Notes: generated by a model not told the origin, from the letters alone. DNA of 44,739 bases from a virus (IMGVR_UViG_647533158_000005), one strand, 5' to 3'. Numbered from the stretch's first letter, positions 28,229 to 39,054 are shown. Numbers and translations are program-made.

Positions 28229-30197
28229 ATCCTGGTTCAGGATGCAGGCGGGTGGTCAGGGTGAGGCGGATATTTATATTTATGACGAGATTGGTTTCTG
28301 GGGAGTTACCGCGAAGCAGTTTGTCTGCGATCTGAATGCTCTGGGTGATATCACCCACATTAATCTCCATATCAACTCACCGGGTGGCGATGTCTTTGAA
28401 GGCATCGCCATTTTTAATGCCCTGAAAAATCAGGGGGCGACCATTACCGTGTATGTGGATGGCGTTGCCGCATCGATGGCATCCGTGATTGCGATGGCCG
28501 GTGATACGGTCATTATGCCGGAAAATGCTTTCATGATGATCCATAAGCCATGGGGCTTCAGTGAGGGGGATGCTGAGGATATGCGCAGTTATGCCGATCT
28601 GCTGGATAAAATCGAATCGGTACTGTTGCCAGCCTATGCGCAAAAAACAGGAAAAACCACCGATGAAATTGCCGCCATGCTGGCGGATGAGACCTGGATG
28701 TCAGGTGCCGAGTGTCTGGCACACGGATTTGCTGACCAGGTGACGCCAGCCGTTAAGGCAATGGCATGTATTCAGTCAAAACGTACAGAGGAATTTAAAA
28801 AGATGCCGGAATCCATCCGAAACATGATTACTCCGCCACGCAACAGTGCCCCGCGTGATACCACAGTGACAATCCCTGCACCGGCGGTAACAGAACCATC
28901 ACCGGTACCGGCAGTGTCTGATGAGGAGACCATTCGCGCTGGTGTCCTGGCTGAGCAGAAAGCCCGCATGTCAGGCATTAACGATCTGTTTGCCATGTTT
29001 GGCGGTCGCTATCAGACGCTTCAGGCACAGTGCGTGGCCGATCCTGACTGTTCGCTGGAAATGGCCCGTGAACGTCTGCTGAATGAAATGGGTAAGGAAT
29101 CCTCACCGACTAACAAAACGGCACCGGCTCATATTTATGCCGGAAACGGTAATTTTGTTGGAGACGGGATCCGCAAGGCGCTGATGGCCCGCGCCGGATT
29201 TGAGACTACGGAGAAGGATAATGCCTATAACGGTATGACCCTGCGTGAATGCGCCCGCATGTCACTGACGGAACGGGGGATCGGGGTGGCCAGTTATAAC
29301 CCTATGCAGATGGTGGGGCTGGCGCTGACGCACAGTACCTCGGATTTTGGCAATATTCTACTGGATGTGTCGAATAAGGGGCTGATCCAGGGCTGGGAGG
29401 AATCAGAAGAAACCTTCCAGAAATGGACCCGCAAAGGTCGCCTGTCTGACTTCAAAACGGCATACCGTGTGGGGATGGGGGGATTTGGCTCTCTGCGTCA
29501 GGTGCGGGAAGGGGCGGAGTACAAATACATCACCACCTCTGACCGTAAGGAGACCATTGCACTGGCGACCTACGGGGAAATTTTCTCCATCACCCGTCAG
29601 GCCATTATCAATGATGACCTGAATATGCTGGTGGATGTGCCGATGAAGATGGGGCGTGCCGCGAAAGCGACGATTGGTGACCTGGTCTACAAGGTGTTAA
29701 CGGATAACCCGAAACTGTCAGACGGTAAGGCGCTGTTCCATGCCGATCACAAGAATATTGCCACGGGCGGGATCTCCGTTTCGGGGCTGGATGCGGCACG
29801 TCAGATGATGCGTCTGCAGAAAGAGGGCGATCGTGCGCTGAATATCCGTCCGGCCTTTATGCTGGTGCCGGTGGCACTGGAGACAGTGGCAAACCAGACC
29901 ATCAAATCGGCCAGTGTGAAAGGGGCGGATGCAAACGCCGGTGTCATTAACCCCATCCAGAACTTTGCTGAAGTGATTGCAGAAGCGCGTCTCGATGCGG
30001 CAGATCCGAAAACCTGGTATCTGGCTGCGGCACAGGGGACCGACACCATTGAAGTGGCCTGGCTGGATGGTGTGGACACGCCCTACATTGACCAGCAGGA
30101 GGGTTTCACCACTGACGGTATCGCCACAAAAATCCGTATCGATGCCGGTGTGGCACCGCTTGACTGGCGTGGGCTGGTGCGTTCAGCCGCTGCCTGA
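28218..30197 (+). CDS. Prohead protease (ClpP/S49-like) fused to major capsid protein
   Basis: ATG at 28218; N-terminal ClpP-like region (...HINSPGGDV...VAASMASVIAMAGD...MIHKPWG), Ala/Pro-rich linker, C-terminal major-capsid-like domain; fusion architecture as in 933W-type head modules. Confidence 0.8.
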   Translation: MKNKSWFRMQAGGQGEADIYIYDEIGFWGVTAKQFVCDLNALGDITHINLHINSPGGDVFEGIAIFNALKNQGATITVYVDGVAASMASVIAMAGDTVIMPENAFMMIHKPWGFSEGDAEDMRSYADLLDKIESVLLPAYAQKTGKTTDEIAAMLADETWMSGAECLAHGFADQVTPAVKAMACIQSKRTEEFKKMPESIRNMITPPRNSAPRDTTVTIPAPAVTEPSPVPAVSDEETIRAGVLAEQKARMSGINDLFAMFGGRYQTLQAQCVADPDCSLEMARERLLNEMGKESSPTNKTAPAHIYAGNGNFVGDGIRKALMARAGFETTEKDNAYNGMTLRECARMSLTERGIGVASYNPMQMVGLALTHSTSDFGNILLDVSNKGLIQGWEESEETFQKWTRKGRLSDFKTAYRVGMGGFGSLRQVREGAEYKYITTSDRKETIALATYGEIFSITRQAIINDDLNMLVDVPMKMGRAAKATIGDLVYKVLTDNPKLSDGKALFHADHKNIATGGISVSGLDAARQMMRLQKEGDRALNIRPAFMLVPVALETVANQTIKSASVKGADANAGVINPIQNFAEVIAEARLDAADPKTWYLAAAQGTDTIEVAWLDGVDTPYIDQQEGFTTDGIATKIRIDAGVAPLDWRGLVRSAAA

Positions 30198-30284
30198 TAA
30201 TACCTGCGTCACAATCACTGCCCGAAAGGGCTTTTTTTATGTCTGAAAACAGCCCCGCCGGGGGCTGTCAGGAGATACAGCATT

Positions 30285-30611
30285 ATGGCTAAAAATTTTG
30301 TACAGGACGGCACCACCATTGAACTGGTGAATGCCGGGGATCAAAGCATTCTGAGCGGTGCCGCTGTGGTGGTCGGCAGCATGGTGGCGGTGGCCATTAC
30401 CGATATTCCTGCCGGGGAGACCGGTGACGGGTTCGCCGAAGGCGTGTTCCTGCTGCCAAAACAGTCTGCCGACGATATTCAGGCCGGTGTGGCGGTTTAT
30501 CTGAAGGACGGGACTGTGCAGTCTGCCGCAGACGGCGCTGTGGCGGCGGGAATGACATGGGAGCATGCGCCGTCAGGCACCACCACGGTGGCGGTCAAAA
30601 TCAATGCCTGA
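30285..30611 (+). CDS. Small head-associated protein (DUF2190-like)
   Basis: 108-aa Ala/Gly/Val-rich ORF immediately after capsid gene. Confidence 0.45.
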   Translation: MAKNFVQDGTTIELVNAGDQSILSGAAVVVGSMVAVAITDIPAGETGDGFAEGVFLLPKQSADDIQAGVAVYLKDGTVQSAADGAVAAGMTWEHAPSGTTTVAVKINA

Positions 30612-30885
30612 TCTGTTTGCGCGAATGTGCAGCCGGATGGACCTGGCGACCGTACGCATGATGGGGAAAACGGCGGAGATTAACGGCGTCAGTTATGACG
30701 TGATACCGGAGTATGAGTCTGCGGATATGGGGGCGCTTTCCGGTAGTCAGTTGTCACTGGTGGTGTTTTCAGCGCAGTACCGGCCTGCCCGCGATGATGT
30801 GGTTGTGTTTGACGGTCGCTCACTGGTGGTGACCCGTTATGACACGTACAACGGTAAACCCCGGATTTTTGTCGAACAGGAGTAA
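30604..30885 (+). CDS. Head-tail joining protein FII-like
   Basis: 93-aa product MPDLFARMCSRMDLATVRMMG... follows the pattern of lambda FII N-terminus (MADFDNLFDAAIARAD...); precedes Z-like gene. Confidence 0.6.
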   Translation: MPDLFARMCSRMDLATVRMMGKTAEINGVSYDVIPEYESADMGALSGSQLSLVVFSAQYRPARDDVVVFDGRSLVVTRYDTYNGKPRIFVEQE

Positions 30886-30887
30886 GT

Positions 30888-31514
30888 ATGGCGATAAAAG
30901 GTCTGGCGCAGGCCATGAAAAATCTGGATGCGATTAACCGCCTTGCCGTTCCCCGGGCTGCCGCCACGACGCTTAACCGCGTGGCTGAGTCCATCATCGC
31001 GAAAACGGCCTCTTCGGTTGCCCGGGATCTGGTGGTCCCACGTCGTCTTATCCGTGAGCGTATCCGCCTGCAACAGGCCAGCGCTGACAGGGTTTATGCG
31101 AAGGTCATCATTAACACTGGTAATCTTCCCGCCATAAAACTGGGGACGGCCAGCGTGCGGCTTTCCCGCAGAAAGCGGCGAAAGAAAGGCGAGCGATCGG
31201 TCACGAAAGGCGGTGGCAGCGTGCTGATTGTCGGGAAACGGCGGATCCCGAATGCCTTTATTACCCGGCTGGAAAATGGCCGGTGGCATGTGATGCAGCG
31301 TATGCCGTGGGCGTCGTCGTCAACCGGTGTTGACCGTAAGGGCAGGCCAGCGCGTTATCGTCTGCCAATTGAAGTGGTGAAAATACCGACGGCCAGACCG
31401 CTGGCGGAAACCTTTGAGCGGGAACGTGACCGGATGTACCGGGAAAAACTACCGGAACAGATGATGAAAGCCATGACGCATCAGTTACGTCTTGTTCTGA
31501 AACGAAAACTGTAA
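30888..31514 (+). CDS. Z: Tail completion protein Z
   Basis: 208-aa product begins MAIKGL.QA..NL...AVP.AAA and contains RRKRRKKGERS...KGGGSVL.VG.RRIP.AFI..L.NGRWHVMQR, matching lambda gpZ. Confidence 0.85.
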   Translation: MAIKGLAQAMKNLDAINRLAVPRAAATTLNRVAESIIAKTASSVARDLVVPRRLIRERIRLQQASADRVYAKVIINTGNLPAIKLGTASVRLSRRKRRKKGERSVTKGGGSVLIVGKRRIPNAFITRLENGRWHVMQRMPWASSSTGVDRKGRPARYRLPIEVVKIPTARPLAETFERERDRMYREKLPEQMMKAMTHQLRLVLKRKL

Positions 31515-31523
31515 GGAGGTGGA

Positions 31524-31922
31524 ATGAAACATCGGGAAATACGGGCGGCAGTTCTGTCTGCCCTGAAGGCAAATATTACTGAGCAGGTGACCTGGTTTGA
31601 CGGGCGACCTGCTTTTATTGACGAGCTGGAGCTTCCGGCAGTGGCGGTCTACCTGACTGATGCGTCGTCGGCTGACGAGTTCGTGGATGAGGACACCTGG
31701 GAGGCGGTACTGCATATCGAAGTGTTTCTCAGGGCGAAAGAGACGGACTCGGCACTGGATATGTGGATGGAAGAAAAAATTTTTCCGGCGCTGGAGGGCG
31801 TGCCCGGTCTCAGTGCACTACTGCTGAAAATGAACCTTCAGGGGTACGACTACCGCCGCGATGATGAGTTTATGATGTGGGGATCGGCAGATCTCCGGTG
31901 GAATATTACCTACGAAATGTGA
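31524..31922 (+). CDS. U: Tail terminator protein U
   Basis: 132-aa product [14 protein letters not shown]...[21 protein letters not shown]...[10 protein letters not shown]...ITYEM closely matches lambda gpU. Confidence 0.9.
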   Translation: MKHREIRAAVLSALKANITEQVTWFDGRPAFIDELELPAVAVYLTDASSADEFVDEDTWEAVLHIEVFLRAKETDSALDMWMEEKIFPALEGVPGLSALLLKMNLQGYDYRRDDEFMMWGSADLRWNITYEM

Positions 31923-31929
31923 GGACGCT

Positions 31930-32688
31930 ATGCCAACACCTAATCCCCTTGAGCCGGTAAAAGGCTCAGGCACCACACTCTGGCTTTATTCCGGGAATGG
32001 TGATGCCTATGCGAATCCGTTGTCTGATGATGACTGGACGCGACTGGCGAAAATCAAGGATCTGACACCGGGAGAAATGACGGCAGAGTCCTACGACGAT
32101 AACTACCTGGACGACGATGATGCTGACTGGGTATCCACCGGACAGGGACAGAAATCAGCCGGTGATACCAGTTTTACCCTGGCCTGGAAACCCGGCGAAG
32201 CCGGTCAGCAGGCGTTGTTGCGGTGGTTTGATGAGGGCGATTCAAGAGCCTACAAAATTCGTTTTCCCAATGGCACGGTGGATGTGTTCCGTGGCTGGGT
32301 GAGCAGTATCGGCAAGGCAGTCACCGCAAAAGAGGTGATCACCCGCACGGTGAAAGTCACCAATATCGGACGCCCGTCGCTGGCGGAGGACAGCGGCACC
32401 ATCACGCCGGTGACGGGGATCTCCGTCACACCGGCCACGGCCTCTGTTGAGGTCGGGAAAACGGTGGAACTGACGGTGGCCGTTCAGCCTGATACAGCAT
32501 CGGACAAAACCTTCAGGGTGTCATCTGACCACAACAGTGTGGCGACAGTGACCGTGAAGGACAGCATCATAACGGTGAAAGGGGTGGCAAAAGGCACTGC
32601 GCTTATTCCTGTCATGAGCAATGGCGGCGATTTTGCTGCAGTAGCCACAGTAACGGTCACCGACCCTGCAGCACAACCCACCACGTAA
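31930..32688 (+). CDS. V: Major tail protein V with C-terminal Ig-like domain
   Basis: 252-aa ORF in the lambda gpV position; C-terminal Thr/Val-rich Ig-like region. Confidence 0.85.
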   Translation: MPTPNPLEPVKGSGTTLWLYSGNGDAYANPLSDDDWTRLAKIKDLTPGEMTAESYDDNYLDDDDADWVSTGQGQKSAGDTSFTLAWKPGEAGQQALLRWFDEGDSRAYKIRFPNGTVDVFRGWVSSIGKAVTAKEVITRTVKVTNIGRPSLAEDSGTITPVTGISVTPATASVEVGKTVELTVAVQPDTASDKTFRVSSDHNSVATVTVKDSIITVKGVAKGTALIPVMSNGGDFAAVATVTVTDPAAQPTT

Positions 32689-32706
32689 TTATCCCGGAGT
32701 GAATTT

Positions 32707-33123
32707 ATGTTTCTGAAAACTGAAACGTTTGAATATAACGGGCAGACCGTCACGCTCAGCGAACTGTCCGCCCTGCAGCGCCTCGAGTACCTGGCCTGGG
32801 TGAAGGAGAAGGAAGAACAGCGGGAAGAGGCTGTCAGTGAGCAGCAGGCGCTTGATGATCTCGTCAGAGAGGGTGCCCTGCTGGTTGCGATGTCGCTCTG
32901 GCATAACCATGAACTGAAAGGCACGTTACCCTCCCTGCGTCAGGAGACTGACAGGATCATGCAGGAGGTGCTGACCACCTGGCCTGTGGAGGCCATCGCC
33001 GCAGGTCGAAACGTGGCAGTCAGGCTGAGCGGTATGTCCGCGCCTGTGGATGAGCCATCCGGGAAACAGGAGAAAAAACCGGCTGAACCGGTAACGGCAA
33101 AAAAGCGTACGAAGGCGAGCTGA
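32707..33123 (+). CDS. G: Tail assembly chaperone G
   Basis: 138-aa product MFLKTETFEYNGQTVTLSELSALQRLEYLA...LVAMSLWHNH...EVLTTWP closely matches lambda gpG. Confidence 0.88.
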   Translation: MFLKTETFEYNGQTVTLSELSALQRLEYLAWVKEKEEQREEAVSEQQALDDLVREGALLVAMSLWHNHELKGTLPSLRQETDRIMQEVLTTWPVEAIAAGRNVAVRLSGMSAPVDEPSGKQEKKPAEPVTAKKRTKAS

Positions 33124-33533
33124 ATTTTGCCCTGAAACTGGCGCGCGAGATGGGACGTCCTGACTGGCGCGCCATGCTTGCCGGGATGTCATCAACTGAA
33201 TATGCCGACTGGTGTCATTTTTACCGCACGCATTATTTTCACGATGCACAACTGGACATGCATTTTGCCGGGCTGACGTACGCTGTACTCAGCCTGTTTT
33301 TTGCCGATCCACAGATGCATCCGTCTGACTTCAGCCTCCTGCGAGCGACGGAGAACGGGGAGGACGATGATGTGCTGATGCAAAAAGCAGCAGGGCTGGC
33401 TGGTGGTGTCCGTTATGGTCCGGATGGTGTGGTGGTGGAATATGACCGCCTGACACCCTCCGTGCCTGAAGATGACGCCATGCTGATGACGGTATCAGAA
33501 GGTATCGCAGGAGGTGTCCGCTATGTCGGGTAA
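32707..33533 (+). CDS. Tail assembly chaperone G-T fusion via programmed -1 ribosomal frameshift
   Basis: Slippery heptamer A AAA AAG at 33099-33105 in the G frame; the -1 frame is open from the slip site through the T-like ORF (33150..33533) to its stop. Confidence 0.7.
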
Positions 33534-36135
33534 CTTTGCAGATCTGACAGCAATTCTTACCCTGGATTCCACCCGTTTTTCTGAAGAAATGGGGCGGGTG
33601 AAAAAATCGCTGGGCGAAACCAGTTCACTGGCAGACACGATGTCAGGAAAGGTCAGCCAGTCCTTAAAAAAACCTGCAGAGGCGATTGAACAGAGTCTCA
33701 GCCGTCAGGCTGTTGCCGCGCAGAAAGCGGGGATATCCATCGGGCAGTATAAAGCTGCCATGCGGACACTGCCCGCCCAGTTCACGGATATTGCCACTCA
33801 GCTTGCCGGTGGTCAGAGTCCGTGGTTGATCCTGCTGCAGCAGGGCGGGCAGATTAAGGACTCCTTTGGTGGTCTTGTCCCGATGTTCAGGAGCCTTGCT
33901 GGTGCGATCACACTGCCTGCTGTCGGGATCACATCACTGGTCGCAGCGACCGGTGCGCTGGCGTATGCCTGGTACCAGGGTGATTCAGTCCTGTCTGAAT
34001 TCAATAAAACCCTGGTTCTTTCCGGTAATCAGTCCGGACTGACTGCCGATCGCATGCTGACTCTCTCCAGAGCCGGACAGGCCGCAGGGCTGACGTTTAA
34101 TCAGGCGAGTGAGTCACTGGCAGCCCTGGTCAGTGCCGGTGTGCGTGGTGGTGAACAGTTTGATGCCATTAATCAGAGTGTGGCGCGTTTTGCTTCTGCA
34201 TCCGGTGTGGAAGTGGACAAGGTTGCAGAGGCTTTCGGAAAACTGACCACCGACCCGACGTCGGGGCTGACGGCGATGGCGCGCCAGTTCCATAACGTGA
34301 CGGCGGAGCAGATTGCGTATGTGGCTCAGTTGCAGCGTTCCGGCGATGAGGCCGGGGCATTGCAGGCGGCGAACGAGGTCGCCACAAAAGGGTTTGATGA
34401 CCAGACCCGACGCCTGAAAGCGAACATGGGCACGCTGGAGACCTTGGCGGATAAGGTCGGCAGTGCGTTTAAATCCATGTGGGATGCAGTGCTGGATATC
34501 GGGCGTCCTGAGTCATCTGCAGAAATGCTGAATAAGGCACAGCAGGCATTCGATGAGGCGGATAAAAAATGGCAGTGGTATCAGAGTCGCAGCCACCGTC
34601 GCGGAAAAACATCCTCCTTCCGTGCCAATCTTCAGGGCGCATGGGATGACCGCGAAAACGCCCGCCTCGGTCTTTCAGCGGCGACACTGCAGGCAGACCT
34701 GGAAAAAGCCAGCGAAATGGCGGCACGGGATCGGGCTGAATCAGAGGCCTCACGGCTGAAGTACACCGAAGAGGCGCAGAAGGCATATGAACGCCTGCTG
34801 ACGCCGCTGGATAAATATACCGCCCGCCAGAAGGAACTGAATAAGGCACTGAAAGACGGGAAAATCCTGCAGGCAGATTACAACACGCTGATGGCGTCGG
34901 CGAAAAAGGACTATGAGTCGACGCTGAAAAAACCGAAGTCGTCAGGTGTAAAAGTGTCAGCCGGTGAACGTCAGGAAGACCAGGCGCATGCTGCCCTGCT
35001 GGCGCTTGAAACCGAGCTCCGGACGCTGGAAAAACACAGCGGTGCGAATGAGAAAATCAGCCAGCAGCGTCGCGATTTATGGAAAGCGGAAAGTCAGTAC
35101 GCGGTACTGGCGGAGGCGGCACAACGTCGCCAGTTGTCCGTACAGGAGAAATCCCTGCTGGCGCATAAAGATGAGACGCTGGAGTACAAACGCCAGCTGG
35201 CTGACCTGGGCGATAAGGTTGAACACCAGAAACGCCTGAATGAGCTGGCGGATCAGGCGGAGAAATTTGCACAGCAGCAGAGTGCAAAACAGGCTGCCAT
35301 CAGTGCAAAAGCCCGTGGGCTGACAGACCGGCAGGCACAGCGGGAGTCGGAAGAACAGCGGTTGCGTGAGGTGTATGGCGACAATCCGCAGGCGCTGGCG
35401 AAGGCAACCGGTGCGCTGAAACAGACATGGGCTGCTGAAGACCAGCTGAGTGGCAGCTGGACAGCCGGACTTAAATCGGGCTGGAGCCAGTGGGCTGAAA
35501 GTGCGATGGACAGTTTTTCGCAGGTAAAAAGTGTTGCCACGCAGACCTTCGACGGGATTGCGCAGAATATGGCGGCGATGCTGACCGGCAGCGAACAGAA
35601 CTGGCGCAGCTTTACCCGTTCCGTGCTGTCCATGATGACGGAAATTCTGCTTAAGCAGGCCATGGTGGGGATTGTCGGGAGTATCGGCAGCGCCATCGGG
35701 GGAGCCATTGGTGGGGGGGCGTCCGCTTCTTCCGGGACTGCCATTCAGGCTGCGGCAGCGAACTTTCATTTTGCGACCGGGGGATTTACGGGTACGGGTG
35801 GAAAATACGAGCCGGCGGGGATTGTTCACCGTGGTGAGTTTGTGTTCACGAAGGAGGCAACCAGCCGGATTGGTGTCGGCAACCTGTACCGCCTGATGCG
35901 GGGATATGCGGATGGGGGCTATGTGGGTGGTGCCGGAAGTCAGGCTCAGATGCGGCGGGAAGACGTCATTAATTTTAATCAGAATAACAATGTGGTGATT
36001 CAGAATGACGGTATCAACGGACAGGCCGGTCCGCAGATGATGAAGGCGGTATATGACATGGCCCGTAAGGGTGCCCGTGATGAACTCCAGGCGCAGATGC
36101 GTGATGGCGGACTGTTCTCCGGAGGTGGCTCATGA
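33514..36135 (+). CDS. H: Tail tape measure protein H
   Basis: 873-aa ORF, Ala/Gln-rich coiled-coil composition, located between G-T and M. Confidence 0.9.
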   Translation: MSAMSGNFADLTAILTLDSTRFSEEMGRVKKSLGETSSLADTMSGKVSQSLKKPAEAIEQSLSRQAVAAQKAGISIGQYKAAMRTLPAQFTDIATQLAGGQSPWLILLQQGGQIKDSFGGLVPMFRSLAGAITLPAVGITSLVAATGALAYAWYQGDSVLSEFNKTLVLSGNQSGLTADRMLTLSRAGQAAGLTFNQASESLAALVSAGVRGGEQFDAINQSVARFASASGVEVDKVAEAFGKLTTDPTSGLTAMARQFHNVTAEQIAYVAQLQRSGDEAGALQAANEVATKGFDDQTRRLKANMGTLETLADKVGSAFKSMWDAVLDIGRPESSAEMLNKAQQAFDEADKKWQWYQSRSHRRGKTSSFRANLQGAWDDRENARLGLSAATLQADLEKASEMAARDRAESEASRLKYTEEAQKAYERLLTPLDKYTARQKELNKALKDGKILQADYNTLMASAKKDYESTLKKPKSSGVKVSAGERQEDQAHAALLALETELRTLEKHSGANEKISQQRRDLWKAESQYAVLAEAAQRRQLSVQEKSLLAHKDETLEYKRQLADLGDKVEHQKRLNELADQAEKFAQQQSAKQAAISAKARGLTDRQAQRESEEQRLREVYGDNPQALAKATGALKQTWAAEDQLSGSWTAGLKSGWSQWAESAMDSFSQVKSVATQTFDGIAQNMAAMLTGSEQNWRSFTRSVLSMMTEILLKQAMVGIVGSIGSAIGGAIGGGASASSGTAIQAAAANFHFATGGFTGTGGKYEPAGIVHRGEFVFTKEATSRIGVGNLYRLMRGYADGGYVGGAGSQAQMRREDVINFNQNNNVVIQNDGINGQAGPQMMKAVYDMARKGARDELQAQMRDGGLFSGGGS

Positions 36136-36461
36136 AAACATTTCGTTGGAAAGTGAAGGCGGATATGGACGTCAGCTCACAGCCATCGGTGCGCGAAGTG
36201 CGCTTTGGTGACGGATATTCCCAGCGTTCGCCTGCGGGGCTGAATGCGGACCTGAAAACGTACAGTGTGACGCTGTCCGTGACGCGGGAGGAGGCACGTT
36301 ATCTGGAGGCTTTTCTGGCAGAGCACGGGGGCTGGAAAGCCTTTCTGTGGACGCCGCCTTATGCCTGGCGGCAGATAAAGGTGACCTGCGCAAAATGGTC
36401 ATCGCGGGTGGGGATGCTGCGGGTGACGTTCAGTGCCGAGTTTAAGCAGGTGGTGAAATGA
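36132..36461 (+). CDS. M: Minor tail protein M
   Basis: 109-aa ORF overlapping the H stop; lambda gpM-like size and position. Confidence 0.85.
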   Translation: MKTFRWKVKADMDVSSQPSVREVRFGDGYSQRSPAGLNADLKTYSVTLSVTREEARYLEAFLAEHGGWKAFLWTPPYAWRQIKVTCAKWSSRVGMLRVTFSAEFKQVVK

Positions 36462-36468
36462 GGAGCGC

Positions 36469-37170
36469 GTGATGCAGGATATTCATGAAGAGAGTCTGAA
36501 TGAATCGGTAAAATCAGAGCAGTCGGCGCTGGTGGTACTGTGGGAAATCGACCTGACGGAGGTCGGCGGGGAACGTTATTTTTTCTGTAATGAGCAGAAT
36601 GAAAAAGGTGAGCCGGTTACCTGGCAGGGGCGTCAGTATCAGGCGTACCCCATTCAGGGAACGGGATTTGAACTGAACGGCAAGGGCAGTAGCGCAAGAC
36701 CGACACTGCAGGTTTCTAACCTGTACGGCATGGTCACCGGTATGGCGGAAGACCTGCAGAGTCTGGTCGGCGGAACGGTGGTCAGGCGTAAGGTTTATGC
36801 CCGTTTTCTGGATGCGGTGAACTTCGTCAACGGAAACAGCGACGCCGATCCGGAGCAGGAGGTGATTAGCCGCTGGCGCATCGAGCAGTGCAGCGAACTG
36901 AGCGCGGTCAGTGCCTCCTTTGTACTGTCCACGCCGACTGAAACGGATGGTGCCGTTTTTCCGGGGCGCATCATGCTGGCCAACACCTGCACCTGGACCT
37001 ATCGCGGCGATGAGTGCGGTTATCACGGTTCGGCGGTCGCGGATGAATATGACCAGCCAACGTCCGATATCACGAAGGATAAATGCAGCAAATGCCTGAG
37101 TGGCTGTAAGTTCCGCAATAATGTCGGCAACTTTGGCGGCTTCCTTTCCATTAACAAACTTTCGCAGTAA
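36469..37170 (+). CDS. L: Minor tail protein L
   Basis: 233-aa ORF in lambda gpL position with C-terminal Cys cluster (CTWTYRGDECGY...CSKCLSGC). Confidence 0.85.
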   Translation: MMQDIHEESLNESVKSEQSALVVLWEIDLTEVGGERYFFCNEQNEKGEPVTWQGRQYQAYPIQGTGFELNGKGSSARPTLQVSNLYGMVTGMAEDLQSLVGGTVVRRKVYARFLDAVNFVNGNSDADPEQEVISRWRIEQCSELSAVSASFVLSTPTETDGAVFPGRIMLANTCTWTYRGDECGYHGSAVADEYDQPTSDITKDKCSKCLSGCKFRNNVGNFGGFLSINKLSQ

Positions 37171-37175
37171 ATCCC

Positions 37176-37919
37176 ATGACAGAGACAGAATCAGCGATTC
37201 TGGCGCACGCCCGGCGATGTGCGCCAGCGGAGTCGTGCGGCTTCGTGGTGAGAACGTCGGAAGGGGAAAGATATTTTCCCTGCGTGAATATCTCCGGTGA
37301 GCCGGAGGCGTATTTCCGGATGTCGCCGGAGGACTGGCTGAGTGCAGAAATGCAGGGTGAGATTGTGGCGCTGGTCCACAGTCATCCCGGCGGTCTGCCA
37401 TGGCTGAGTGAGGCTGACCGGCGGCTGCAGGTGCAGAGTGATTTGCCGTGGTGGCTGGTCTGCCGGGGGGCGATTCACAAGTTCCGCTGTGTGCCGCATC
37501 TTACCGGGCGGCGCTTTGAGCACGGGGTGACGGATTGTTACACGCTGTTCCGGGACGCTTACCATCTGGCGGGGATTGAGATGCCGGATTTTCATCGTGA
37601 GGATGACTGGTGGCGTAACGGCCAGAATCTCTATCTGGATAATCTGGAGGCCACAGGGCTGTATCAGGTGCCGTTGTCATCAGCACAACCGGGTGATGTG
37701 CTGCTGTGCTGTTTTGGTTCATCGGTGCCGAATCATGCCGCCATTTACTGTGGTGACGGCGAGCTGCTGCACCATATTCCTGAACAACTGAGTAAACGAG
37801 AGAGGTATACCGACAAATGGCAGCGACGCACACACTCCCTCTGGCGTCACCGGGCATGGCGCGAATCTGCCTTTACGGGGATTTACAACGATTTGGCCGC
37901 CGCATCGACCTGCGTGTGA
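37176..37919 (+). CDS. K: Tail assembly protein K (JAB/MPN plus NlpC/P60-like)
   Basis: N-terminus MTETESAILAHARRCAPAESCGFVV and HSHPGG motif as in lambda gpK; C-terminal extent uncertain because it overlaps I and lies next to an N gap. Confidence 0.75.
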   Translation: MTETESAILAHARRCAPAESCGFVVRTSEGERYFPCVNISGEPEAYFRMSPEDWLSAEMQGEIVALVHSHPGGLPWLSEADRRLQVQSDLPWWLVCRGAIHKFRCVPHLTGRRFEHGVTDCYTLFRDAYHLAGIEMPDFHREDDWWRNGQNLYLDNLEATGLYQVPLSSAQPGDVLLCCFGSSVPNHAAIYCGDGELLHHIPEQLSKRERYTDKWQRRTHSLWRHRAWRESAFTGIYNDLAAASTCV

Positions 37920-38994
37920 AAACGGGGGCTGAAGCCATCCGCGCACNNNNNNNNNNNNNNNNNNNNNNNNNNNNNNNNNNNNNNNNNNNNNNNNNNNNNN
38001 NNNNNNNNNNNNNNNNNNNNNNNNNNNNNNNNNNNNNNNNNNNNNNNNNNNNNNNNNNNNNNNNNNNNNNNNNNNNNNNNNNNNNNNNNNNNNNNNNNNN
38101 NNNNNNNNNNNNNNNNNNNNNNNNNNNNNNNNNNNNNNNNNNNNNNNNNNNNNNNNNNNNNNNNNNNNNNNNNNNNNNNNNNNNNNNNNNNNNNNNNNNN
38201 NNNNNNNNNNNNNNNNNNNNNNNNNNNNNNNNNNNNNNNNNNNNNNNNNNNNNNNNNNNNNNNNNNNNNNNNNNNNNNNNNNNNNNNNNNNNNNNNNNNN
38301 NNNNNNNNNNNNNNNNNNNNNNNNNNNNNNNNNNNNNNNNNNNNNNNNGGCGTCACCGGGCATGGCGCGAATCTGCCTTTACGGGGATTTACAACGATTT
38401 GGCCGCCGCATCGACCTGCGTGTGAAAACGGGGGCTGAAGCCATCCGCGCACTGGCCACACAGCTCCCGGTGTTTCGTCAGAAACTGAGCGACGGCTGGT
38501 ATCAGGTACGGATTGCCGGGCGGGACGTCAGCACGTTCGGGTTAACGGCGCAGTTACATGAGACTCTGCCTGATGGCGCTGTGATTCATATTGTTCCCAG
38601 AGTCGCCGGGGCCAAGTCAGGTGGCGTATTCCAGATTGTCCTGGGGGCTGCCGCCATTGCCGGATCATTCTTTACCGCCGGAGCCACCCTTGCAGCATGG
38701 GGGGCAGCCATTGGGGCCGGTGGTATGACCGGCATCCTGTTTTCTCTCGGTGCCAGTATGGTGCTCGGTGGTGTGGCGCAGATGCTGGCACCGAAAGCCA
38801 GAACTCCCCGTACACAGACAACGGATAACGGCAAACAGAACACCTATTTCTCCTCACTGGATAACATGGTTGCCCAGGGCAATGTTCTGCCGGTTCTGTA
38901 CGGTGAAATGCGCGTGGGGTCACGCGTGGTTTCTCAGGAGATCAGCACGGCAGACGAAGGGGATGGTGGTCAGGTTGTGGTGATTGGTCGCTGA
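37817..38994 (+). CDS. I: Tail assembly protein I (interrupted by assembly gap and duplicated flank)
   Basis: Starts MAATHTLPLASPGMARICLYGDLQRFGRR as lambda gpI; after the gap the same 104 nt recur and the frame continues to ...QVVVIGR; removing gap plus duplicate gives a 223-aa protein. Confidence 0.75.
37947..38348. other. Assembly gap (402 N)
   Basis: Run of n; identical 104-nt sequence on both sides (37843-37946 = 38349-38452). Confidence 0.95.
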
Positions 38995-39054
38995 TGCAAA
39001 ATGTTTTATGTGAAACCGCCTCCGGGCGGTTTTATCGTTTATGGAGCATGACGA

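Noticed and set aside
35077-37401. Minus-strand ORFs 35077..35829, 35253..35744 and 36514..37401
   Set aside because: Antisense to tape measure, L and K genes; no ribosome-binding sites and biased composition.
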